A stretch of 61,089 bases of DNA, filler included, from Globobulimina sp. (lineage: Eukaryota): assembly GCA_003354225.1 (NCBI GenBank). It is 9 parts of 9 records of this genome, joined end to end, with 100 filler letters (N's around TTAATTAATTAA, not from the genome) between each part and the next. Parts side by side here need not be neighbours in the genome. Positions count along the whole stretch, not along the records: positions 20,502 to 27,202 come from PIVH01000250.1; positions 27,303 to 33,993 come from PIVH01000251.1; 7 more parts are not named here. The stretch is one strand, 5' to 3'. Numbering within the stretch: the first letter of the stretch is position 1; each line of letters opens with the position of its first letter. A program made the position numbers and the translations under genes. Of the stretch, positions 23,501-34,093 are shown in pieces. Below the pieces are notes generated by a model. That model ran no database searches and had not been told where the DNA came from. It saw only the letters and a list, made by a program, of their open reading frames with translations.

Positions 23501-26500
23501 TACAACGCCGTACAAAACAACCCAAATGTTTACCACTATTTCGCCATCCAATATGCCAACGCTTGAACCAACATATCAACCATCTGTTGATCCAACCATT
23601 ATTCCAACGCATGACCCAACAGTTGAACCAACCATAGACAGTGAATGTGTATCGATTGAAATTTATCCAGACTTCCATACTAATGATATTTCATGGGAAT
23701 TAACCTTGGGTTCCCGTCGTATATATGGAGATGACACAGCAAACACTGGCTTTTGTGCTGTTGAAGTACCAGACAATACAAATTGTATTACTTTTTCCAT
23801 TGATGACTCTGGTTTTGATGGTTTAAACTATGGAGAGGGGACTTATTTTGTATCGTGGGGTGAAAAAACACGACAATCCATATCGTTTGGTAATTATTTT
23901 AATAATGAAGCGATGACTTTATGTGATTCAAGATATATATCGAAAAATACGGTGGATATTTATGTGTCAATGCAACAAACATTCTCCTATGCTTTGTTAG
24001 ACTTTTTAGACGAAAGAATCAACCCATTATTAGATGACACATTGATTTATAAGTTGATATTTACAGATATTCAACTCGCGAATGAAACAACCTGTCATAA
24101 TAAAGAATGTATTGAAGGATATTGTTCGTGTGCTGCGAATGGAAATAACTATACCACCTCCAATATATTAATGGCATCATGTTATGCTTCAAATTATAGC
24201 TTGAGGGATATGTATGACATCGAATGGCAACAATTCTGGGATGATGATGTTGATTATGTATCAATGGATGCGTTGTTGGATGCATGTAATGCGACATTAT
24301 TATTATCTGCAAATTATAAAACAACTCAACAAATACTGACAACGTCACCAATCCCAACACCAACATTTAGTACCTCAGCATCTAAAACTGTCAATATGAC
24401 CGATTATTCAATTTATGAAGCTCTAATTTATGATGTGATATTATCTGATGATGATATCTCCGCTTGTAATATGTATGCAATGTTTATCGAAATAATTGAA
24501 CCGATTTGCAAGGCATATACAAGCAGTGCGTTACCATATTTATGTCAAGCGACATGGAGTGGTTGCGGTGGAAACTATTATTGTGCGGCACATGATCCTC
24601 AAACAAAACTTATTTATGAATATGGTTCCAGTGTTGATGAGATCAGTTTTGTTCCGTATTCTTTTGTTGATACTGTCGGGGCACAATATTTTAATATCCC
24701 CTCTCTACCATCCACATTATACGGCATTGAAGAATATAATTCGATCATAGCTGGTCAAGTGCAATGTTTTGATGCACAAAATATCAGTTTAGAATCAGTA
24801 ACGGACACAATCCCAATTATCGCCGCAGTATTTGATGCTTGTGATTACAATGATTTATTCCGTACACTGCAAAGTTACGGTGCGAGAGCTATTGTCGTTG
24901 CTACATTTATTCAGAGCAGTTCTGATGAACCAACTTCTGGTCCAACCAAAGCACCATTCATATCCCCATTGAATTACAATTATTGGTTGCCATTTACTTG
25001 TAATATTCGATACAAATCAGATAAAATGAACTTTTCTTCATTTATGCGTGCCAGTGACAATTTAACCGCATATTTAGCAGATTCGTTTGAAACAAATTTG
25101 CAAGCGGTTACAGTGGAATTAAATCCCACAAATGACATTTCATATTCATTTGAAGCCAATACATCTGTGGATAAATTTGTCACCAAAGACAGACATCTTT
25201 CCAACACGATTAAGCTCTATCTTGCAGCCAGCGCAATTACGTCAGTTGATTGTATTCATAAACCAGAATATAGTGACTCTTACAGTAATGAGCCAAGTCC
25301 AGCACCAACTCGTGAACCAACCCTTCATCCGACCGCAAGAGCTGCAATCTACGAAGATATATATATCCCCATTGAAGTAGTCTCGCTGTCCGCAGCACAA
25401 CAATTAATTTTCACTGCGCGAGAATCGGACAATTTAAGTATTAGTTTAAGCTGCGATACAAGAGCACCAACTATCGCCCCATCATTAGCACCCACTGAGA
25501 CTGTTATTGTTAAGAATTATACCGAGACTGATTCCGATGAATCGCAATTAGTTATCTTTGGATATCAATCCGGCGAATCCGCATCAATGGCTTTAACTTT
25601 CCCAGAAGTCGATTTCTTAACATTTCGAGATGTGTACACTGTAACTTGCGACTGGGAATTAGATGTTTTGTCGAGCGAAGATTATAAATTATATTTGGTT
25701 TCCATTGAGACAATTTATGCATCCATTGATGAGCTTTGTATTCGATTTAATAATAAAGATGTTGTGTTGCAACCAAATGCTGATTCACTTCAAAATAACA
25801 GTTTATATGAATGGACGGCTGTGGAGTCCTCTGATGTTGAGGCCAGTTGTGGCTCAGACAAATATCGAATGTCCATTGCTGGAATAGATCGTGGATCGTA
25901 TTGTTTTGCAGTGTATCAGTTGCAAGATGGCGTAATTAACGGATTGGATGCTAAAACATATCAATTTAAATTACAAAAACGATTTAAATGGACACATGAC
26001 TTTGTTCAGATTTTAAATACGGAGTTTATTAATAATTTGTGTACGAATGGAGCAGGCGGTGCTATTGCAGTGATATCAGAGGATGGCATCGATGAGTTTT
26101 TCTCTGCAAAAATATCAGATTCCAAATTCATAGGAAACTACGCCATGTATGGTGGTGGTGGTGCAATTTATAGAGAATATTCTTATGCAGAAATTGAAAA
26201 TTATCAAAGTGTGTATATGAGTGTGTTGGAATTAGTAAATGTTGTGATTAACGCAAGTGTGGTGGCTATAAATGAAGGTGGCAGCATTAAAACAGATTTG
26301 TCCTCAACTGCGAAATCTGAAGGTTTATATTTTAAATATGTTCTATCCATTTCGGACTCGGTTATTGGGCATAGTACGACTGCCGGGGATGAGTCTGCAG
26401 TGTATTTGAAAGAACTGGGTTTGTTACGACGCAGAAACAGAAGAAGAAGAATGGCGGAAGAAGAGGAATCCGCAGGTGACCCAGAGGATGGCTATGGCGG

Positions 26501-27202
26501 TGTTTTACATTTTGAATATTCAAATGTGTATTTAGCAAATAGTCTGATTGAATTTGGCAAAGCATATCGAGGCGGAGGGATCTATTTATTTGATACAGTA
26601 TTTCAGTCATATAATTGTGACATATTTGGTAATAAAGCGAGTGGTGATGGTGGCGGATTATATCAATCCTTATATAATAAATATTCATCATATGATTTGT
26701 GTGTATCTATCTATCAAACTAAATTTGCAGAAAATGAAGCTGGTGGATTTGGTGGAGCTATTTATTCTATATTGCATGGTAAAGAGGTTGGCAACACGCG
26801 AGTGGATAACAGAGAGTCATGCTTCAAGATTATGAATGGTACCTTTATTTTGAATGGAAACATTTCCGTTTATGTCAATGTCCCCAGCGGACAGCATAAA
26901 GTCCTTCGAAATCAAGGTGCATTATCCACATTTTGCCCAGACACGGATGTTTGTACTGATTTTAAATCCGGTTTACAACATTTGTGTTTAGCAGAAATCC
27001 CTGAAGAATGTACACGAGATTTTGATCCCATTAATAATGACAATCCATTGGCAAACGTCAAAGATATTCCTGGGGCATCCGTCATCCTTTATATTTATGG
27101 CTGGGATGCATTTGGAAATCGAATGTTAAATACGGAGTTTGGTATAAATGCACAAGCGACGGGCGCACAAGTTATAAACCCGACAGGTACTCAATCAACA
27201 AC
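20502..27202 (+). CDS. Internal fragment of a giant extracellular beta-helix protein (PMP-like GGA[ILV]/FxxN repeats, PT linkers, PA-like domain)
   Basis: The whole contig is one uninterrupted frame of more than 2200 aa, open at both ends, with repeated N.A..GGAI motifs and PTxxPT tracts. Confidence 0.85.
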
Positions 27203-27302
27203 NNNNNNNNNNNNNNNNNNNNNNNNNNNNNNNNNNNNNNNNNNNNTTAATTAATTAANNNNNNNNNNNNNNNNNNNNNNNNNNNNNNNNNNNNNNNNNN
27301 NN
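27203..27302. other. Artificial contig spacer
   Basis: 44 N + TTAATTAATTAA + 44 N. Confidence 0.98.
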
Positions 27303-27315
27303 CAGTAAGCTAATA

Positions 27316-30300
27316 ATGGCGTCGCCGAGTGAAGCTAAAACAGGATTATGGGATGATGATTTTGGCCAAAAAGTAGATCTCTGTCGACGTATCCGCGAGA
27401 TACTAACAAATTACCCCGAAGGCATTGCCGTATTAAAAGAATTAATACAAAACGCAGACGATGCAGGAGCTACCATCATACGTTTCGTGTACGATCAACG
27501 CAATCATCCACGCGATAATTTATCCGAAGAGTTCTCCTCTTTATCAGACTTCCAAGGGGACTCACTTTTAGTTTATAACAATTCTTCCTTTACGCAATCA
27601 GATTTTGAGTCCATTCAATCCATTGGCTCCTCCATCTCAAAAAAAGACCATGTCAATAAAACTGGCAGATTTGGTTTGGGCTTCAATGCCGTTTATCATT
27701 TATCTGAGTTACCAGCCTTCGTATCCTCCGATTATTTGATATATTTTGACCCGCAATGTAAATATTTGCCAAATATAAAGCCAGGGAATCCTGGCAAACG
27801 CATTAATTTTGTCAAACGCAAAATTCTTAGCAAATATCCAAATCAATTTTATCCGTTCAAGTTGTTTGACAATGACATGGTCCATACGTTTGCCGGCACG
27901 ATATTTAGATTGCCATTACGCACAAAAAAACAATCCAAATCGTCGCAATTATCGAATAAATATTATACTGACAATGATATAAAATTAATGTACAACTCAT
28001 TGCTTAACGAAGGGGATAATTTCTTAATTTTTTTGAAATCCATCAATTGTTTGGAGTATTATACGTGGACTGATTATGATAAAAAAGAACCTACGTTGTG
28101 TTACAAAGTGAATATTGCGGATAAATTAAGTAAAAAACAGTTTGAATTAAGGTTTGTTTTACTTTACATTTTCACTCAAAAAAACTTTTCAGTGATTTAC
28201 ATCATGGCTTACTACAAAGGAACTACATCACTAAGATCCAAAAGCCTGATGCCAATATCTCATGGTTAGCATGTGACGATTTTAAATTTGAGACTTCCAT
28301 TTTTAAAAATGAGGTGGAACACAAATACGATTCGCATTGGATCATTTGTAATGCATTAGGTGGCGGATCCAAACAAGCCGCACAAATCGCTTCCAACCCA
28401 GACAACAAAAATCTGAAATTACTGCCCTACGGCGGTATCGCTGCCCGGATTTCGTGTAATGTACCATGGCAAATTAATGCTGAACAGGATAATGAAGAAA
28501 AAAAATCAAACGCACCACACTTAAAACGGCAAAAATCTGCAAATGCCATAATTCGACCGAAAGGATCATTGGTTGGCAGAGCGTATTGTTTTTTGTCATT
28601 GCCGCTAAAAAATGGATTGCCGGTGCACTGCAATGGATATTTTGAGTTATCCTCAAATCGAAGGGATTTATGGTGGGGTTCTGGCGATGATATGACTGGC
28701 AACGGCGTGTTGAGATATTTCTGGAATATGTGTTTGTTGCAGGATGTTATCTGTCGGTCATATGTCGAAGTTATTAATTATGCGAAAGAGTTGTGTAAGA
28801 ACAAGGAAATTAATATTGAAACTTTTTATAATTTGTGGCCGTATCAAATACCTGGAAATGAAGGCGATCCGTTTGAGATATTGACCCAAGAGGTTTTGAC
28901 TATAATTTCATCGTCGAATCAGTATAATTTCCTATATTCCAAACAAAATGGCGGCCAATGGCTAAAATGTTCGCAATCGGTAATCTCTCATAAAGCGGAT
29001 AACAAATTTATGGATACTTTGCTAAAAATTGGTTTGCCCATTGTTGAGATGCCTGGCTATCAATTAAATGTATTACAAAAAGCACCCAGACCGCCTACTA
29101 ATTTGTCACCAGATTATGTTCGCGATTGGTTGCGACAGAAAATAACCCAAAACAAGAAAACATTGACACTTATCAATGCGTTGCAAAATAGTGATAAAAT
29201 ATTGTTGATTGAATACTTATTAAATGATTTAAAATCGCTCAGTACGCAACAATTAATGATAAAATCTGATTTCCCGCAATGTTTACATATGATGCCGGTA
29301 TTACCGGTGTTCAATGCTCACAAATTGCGCTTATTTTGGTGTGATGATCAAATGGAAAAAGATATTGCGGAGCAGATATTCGGTACAAAGGAATATACTC
29401 AAAATCTGTATTACAGCGACGATAAACAATGTCTTAACATATTATCAGTTACAAAGCATAATAAAATATGTCCGGTGTTGATTGATATTAATATTTTATC
29501 TGAGGCAGTAATCCGCATTTTAAATCATAACAATTGCCATCAAAATACAAATTTAATTAATCTAAATTCAAAACAGAATGAGTCCAAATTTAGCGAGTTA
29601 TTAAAGATTGTGTTTGAAGCTAAATGTAAACGCGCGACATTTATAAACAACAAACGTTTTGATAATACGGATAAAGAACATTGTATTTCAAATGAATTAA
29701 TTGACGATATTTGGCAGTATATAGTGAAGAAACAGTTAAATTATAAATATTATCAATCCATTCCTACCGTTGCTGCGATGAATAAACAGCAGAAGTTTTT
29801 GTGTTTACCCCATCCAAATTCATGGATTTTAAAGCCAAATATGATAAATAATGCAGAACAGAAACAAAAGGATACAGATGTTACAGAAGAATTAGTGTAC
29901 GATCTGTTACTGCAGCACAGTCAATGCGTGGTATTAGATTCATCCGTTAACAGTATATCACAGGATATCTTATCTAAGCATAACGCGTTATATTCCTGCT
30001 CCAAAATTGAGAATGTTTTAAAATTAATCTCTATTTTACCCAGCACCGTATTTACAGAGTGGGAGCAGAAAAAAGATAAATTATGCAAACATCTCCGCGC
30101 GTTGCGACATTTTTTAATTTCAAAGAAAAAATGGAATCAAAATACGAGGTTATCCTCCACATCGCAAAAATTACTGCGATCGTTACCAATCTATGATGTT
30201 TATTGCAGTGAGACAGAGACAGAGCGCATTTTGAGTGACCTTACTGCGGCAAATAAATATATGGCACCAAATATCTCCATTGACCCATGTTTATTATCGG

Positions 30301-31700
30301 AACAATTTATATGTATCAAAAAGGAAGAAAAAGAGCAAGGATATCATCAATTTTTGCAGTTGATTGGTATTAAACGCATGAACGTCGAACAATTTTATAA
30401 ACATAATTATTTTAATAAAATATCTACATTGAAAGATGAGGTACGCAATTCCACCATGTTGGAGATATTAAAGTATATTAAACGCAGTGATCAGACACAA
30501 AATTATAAACTAATTGAAATGATAAAATCTAAACAATGCATTCCGTCCAGGAATAATACTTTAAAACGCATCGCAAATTTATATGATCCAACCATTAAAG
30601 AATTTAAATATTTATTAGATCCAAACAAACATTTCCCACACAAATTATTCTGTACATCCGATATGTTGGCTATTTTAAGAGCTTTAGGTTTGAACATTGA
30701 ATTGGATCGAAATGCCATTATTTTGTCAGCAACTTCCATTGCAAACTCTGCCGCCAATTTAATTTGCGACAAACAACAAGAAAACAAATCTGATATCGAT
30801 GAAAAAGAAATTGCAACGGAATTAAATACAATAACCACACGCTCAAAATCATTGTTAAAATATTTAGACAATCATTGGGATGAATTATTTACAAAACAAC
30901 ACGAATGGAATATATTGCGCCAAGATGCCTGGTTACCAATCATCGCTCATTGCAAATCGACATTATCCGAAATTTCACGCTTTACACATCCTTTATTGCC
31001 ATATAAATCCATCCAACATTCAAATCATAGATTTGCGGCCTGCGCACAGATCCGCGTCATATCGTTATCTTCGCTGTGTTCCTCACAGTTTTATATTTTA
31101 AACATGCAGCTTCACAATCAATCATTGTTGAAAATATTAGGTTTGAATGACATTCCCAATGCACAGATAATCGCCAAACAATTGGTTCAAATCGCAAAAC
31201 AATACGGCACATTATCTGAAACATCTGAGCAACGCTTATCTTTTCAGGAATGGTTAGCAGCAAATATACCAGTTTTATATCGTACAATTTCGCACCAATT
31301 ATTTGGTAATCTCTCCCCGCGAACAACTAATAAATCATCGTCCAGCTCGTATACAGCCACTGCGACATCAAATGCCTCCTTTTTTTCATCCGCATTGAAC
31401 TTCATTAAAAACACCACCGATCAGGTCAATAATACGCTGGCTGCCGCAGCGGATTCGGCGAATGAAATGCAACAACAAACGGTGAGCAAGGAAGCAGTCA
31501 AGAATATATTTGACGGACATGCCTGGATTTGGGTCAATGGATACTTCCACGACTCGGAAAAGGTCGCATTTAAACACCCCTCATCAGATTCAATTAACTG
31601 CAGTCCATATTTGGAGGTAATATCTTCGTCGTATGCTGCGTTTAAAAAGTTATTCATGGAATGCAGTGTCCGCAGTAAATTCGAGCCCTGCGATTATGGC
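27316..31700 (+). CDS. Sacsin-like protein (Hsp90-like sacsin repeat region), 3'-truncated by a junction to phage DNA
   Basis: FGQKVDL..RIREIL..YP..LKELIQNADDAGA, KTGRFGLGFNAVYH, GTIFRLPLR, YCFLSLP..GLPVHCNGYFELSSNRR and LYDP; intron 28152-28219 joins the two ORFs. Confidence 0.9.
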
Positions 31701-31752
31701 AATATATACAAGTACAGTTTGATTGAATCACGGAACAGAAGACCATTGACTA

Positions 31753-32328
31753 ATGGACTGGGGCACAATCAAACCTGCTCTCAAAACGCTCCTGTCGACG
31801 CTATCGGGTGTTGCGCTAGGTCAAACCGTGTGGCGAGATCAGAAGCGCCCACCAGCCAATACAACACCTAAAGCACAGCTAATATTGAAGGTCACACCAA
31901 TAGGCACCTTAGGGGTAGACGAGATACTGTATACCTACGATGTGCCTACTGATAAGAATGTGCCTACCCAATCCGGTAACCGTATATTCGTTTTGCAGAT
32001 ACGTGCAGAGACCTTTAGCCATAAGGACACAGAGTCTGCAACATTCTACCTTGAAGAGATACAAGACCAATTGAAGCTACCTAGGGTGTTGCAAGCTTTC
32101 TCAGACGTTAACATTAGCCTAGCTAAAGCAGAGGCTATTGTAGACTTATCAGAAAGCTTGCAAGTCAATAGCCGGGTGTTCTCAATGGCTAACCTAGACC
32201 TTCGCTTTAATGCAGCAATGAACAGAGTCGATCCGTTGGATGATGGCGATTACATTAGCAGCACTGAGATAGAGGGGACAGTAGACACCTTAACCAGGGT
32301 AGACGTCACCAACACTACGGTACCATAA
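31753..32328 (+). CDS. Phage neck / tail-terminator-like protein
   Basis: 191 aa; the pattern VWRDQKRPP..GVDE..GNRIFVLQI..ANLDLRF..ISSTEIEG resembles myophage gp12-like terminators. Intronless, with TAATG stop/start coupling to the next gene. Confidence 0.65.
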   Translation: MDWGTIKPALKTLLSTLSGVALGQTVWRDQKRPPANTTPKAQLILKVTPIGTLGVDEILYTYDVPTDKNVPTQSGNRIFVLQIRAETFSHKDTESATFYLEEIQDQLKLPRVLQAFSDVNISLAKAEAIVDLSESLQVNSRVFSMANLDLRFNAAMNRVDPLDDGDYISSTEIEGTVDTLTRVDVTNTTVP

Positions 32329-32873
32329 TGCCAGACACGCAACTATCATTAGCAGCACTTATTGCTGCATTACCTGATAACACTACAGGTAACATATCAG
32401 AGCAGATCATTAGGAACCTTGTAGAGACGTTCCGTGTTGATTATGGGGAGCTGTCGATATCGGGCACTGCACTTACTTCCATAGTGACGCCTGGTACCTT
32501 TGAGAAAGCCGCAGGTACCACGGTGCTAACTGTGTCCCCTGTAGCTAGCGGCATGTCTATGCCAGCCAATAATAGGCTTATGAGTACAGCAGCAACCACT
32601 AGGCTATGGTTGGTAATCTGCTCTACTTCATTAACTACTGTTGCTGCGAATAAAGAGGTTAGGCTAAGGTTGGCTAAAGGAGGGAGCACTATAGCCACCA
32701 GCGAGATACAACGCAAGGTGGGGTCAGGTGGTGATGTAGGGACAGGGGCGCTATTCTGCCTATGCTCAATGGCACCTACCAATTACATTGAGTTGTATGT
32801 TACCAATCAAACGGATAATACCGACTTGACCCTAGAGACAATGAACATGATAGCCATAGGGCTGCCCGCATAG
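32328..32873 (+). CDS. Phage hypothetical virion protein, C1q/BclA-like jelly-roll C-terminus
   Basis: N-terminal LPDNTTGNIS motif; beta-rich C-terminus ending NYIELYV; overlaps the stop codon of the previous gene. Confidence 0.6.
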   Translation: MPDTQLSLAALIAALPDNTTGNISEQIIRNLVETFRVDYGELSISGTALTSIVTPGTFEKAAGTTVLTVSPVASGMSMPANNRLMSTAATTRLWLVICSTSLTTVAANKEVRLRLAKGGSTIATSEIQRKVGSGGDVGTGALFCLCSMAPTNYIELYVTNQTDNTDLTLETMNMIAIGLPA

Positions 32874-32881
32874 GTGTTGTA

Positions 32882-33508
32882 ATGTCATACCCCAATACAG
32901 ACAGAGACGCTATTGATTCCGCTAGCCCGGCTAGGACTTCTAATAACCAGGTTTATACCCTACAGACTGTAGACGATGATGGTATGAAAACCAGCATTGC
33001 TACTTCCGTCGCAGCTGTGCAGTACACGGGCACCGCCCTTAATGGTGCTTTGATGGACGGTACAGGGGCATTGGATGGGAGCGACGCCAGGAACTTTTTC
33101 ATTACTCGGGGGCTTAGTGTAGGTACCTACGTGGTTGGGTCGGAAGTCACTAGGACCTATACCAATGCCAAGACTACCAAGCTCGTATCCGAAGAATGGG
33201 TATTACCAGATGCGGACGGTGGGGATACCTATGAATCTGTGCACCCTATTCTAGCAGGCACGATACCTATCATTGACATAGAGGCTCAGGCAGACGCCCT
33301 AGGTGCTTGGGAGTTTGGCTTTGGTGCAGGTAGATACATTGACCCGCCATGCAGATGGATGCATTGGAATGCGGCAGGCGATACTACGGTTAAGCTGGTC
33401 GACGATAACCACACTATTGCATTGACTTTGACAGCAGGACCACAGCCCTATTCTGTAGAGATGTTGTTCCTAGGCGAGGTCAATGTCATTGCCATAGGGC
33501 AAGCATAA
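32882..33508 (+). CDS. Phage hypothetical protein
   Basis: 208-aa intronless ORF starting 8 nt after the previous stop, with an SD-like AGGTG upstream. Confidence 0.65.
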   Translation: MSYPNTDRDAIDSASPARTSNNQVYTLQTVDDDGMKTSIATSVAAVQYTGTALNGALMDGTGALDGSDARNFFITRGLSVGTYVVGSEVTRTYTNAKTTKLVSEEWVLPDADGGDTYESVHPILAGTIPIIDIEAQADALGAWEFGFGAGRYIDPPCRWMHWNAAGDTTVKLVDDNHTIALTLTAGPQPYSVEMLFLGEVNVIAIGQA

Positions 33509-33509
33509 G

Positions 33510-33993
33510 ATGAGTTGTGGTGTAGCAGTGGCGGTAAGTCCTGTTTTTAACAGGGCAGACCCCTCTTATCATGAGACTTCATCCTTGTACTATGCAGGTG
33601 CGGGGGAGAGTCTCTCTTTAGGCACTGATCCACCGCCATTGAGGTTAGATAAAGATGGTCCTATTACTTTCGCATGGCTAGTTAAAGTTGCCATTGGTGA
33701 GGGTAACGGTGCCATGTATTCTTCATGGAAAACTGCAGGCACCAGAGTAGGCTTGTTTTTTCGATTAGATGCAGGGTGTCTAAACCTTCAGATGTTCCAT
33801 GATACTGGACCTAAGAGAATGGGCGTCACATCTTCTCTCAAAGTAGACACTGGCGGTTGGGTGAGGGTTGCTGCAGTATACGATGGCGCGGGGGATAATA
33901 ACGCAGCAGGTGTGTCCCTTTATGTAGAAGGCGTGTTAGATCCTGCAATGGTTATTGACTTCGATACACTTGACATTACAACCATTAACGCTA
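33510..33993 (+). CDS. Phage LamG/concanavalin-A-like domain protein, 3'-truncated
   Basis: ITFAWLVK and DTGGWVRVAAVYDG..VSLYVEG match the LamG-like pattern; starts 1 nt after the previous stop. Confidence 0.75.
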
Positions 33994-34093
33994 NNNNNNN
34001 NNNNNNNNNNNNNNNNNNNNNNNNNNNNNNNNNNNNNTTAATTAATTAANNNNNNNNNNNNNNNNNNNNNNNNNNNNNNNNNNNNNNNNNNNN
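33994..34093. other. Artificial contig spacer
   Basis: 44 N + TTAATTAATTAA + 44 N. Confidence 0.98.

Noticed and set aside
20502-27202. Intronless PMP-like ORF as chlamydial or bacterial contamination
   Set aside because: Composition, PT linkers and basic processing motifs match the surrounding eukaryotic genes; no autotransporter barrel or operon context is visible, though both ends are missing.
31700-31871. C-terminal tail of the 1185-aa ORF as a genuine sacsin end
   Set aside because: It is run-on into phage DNA and overlaps the 31753 ORF in another frame.
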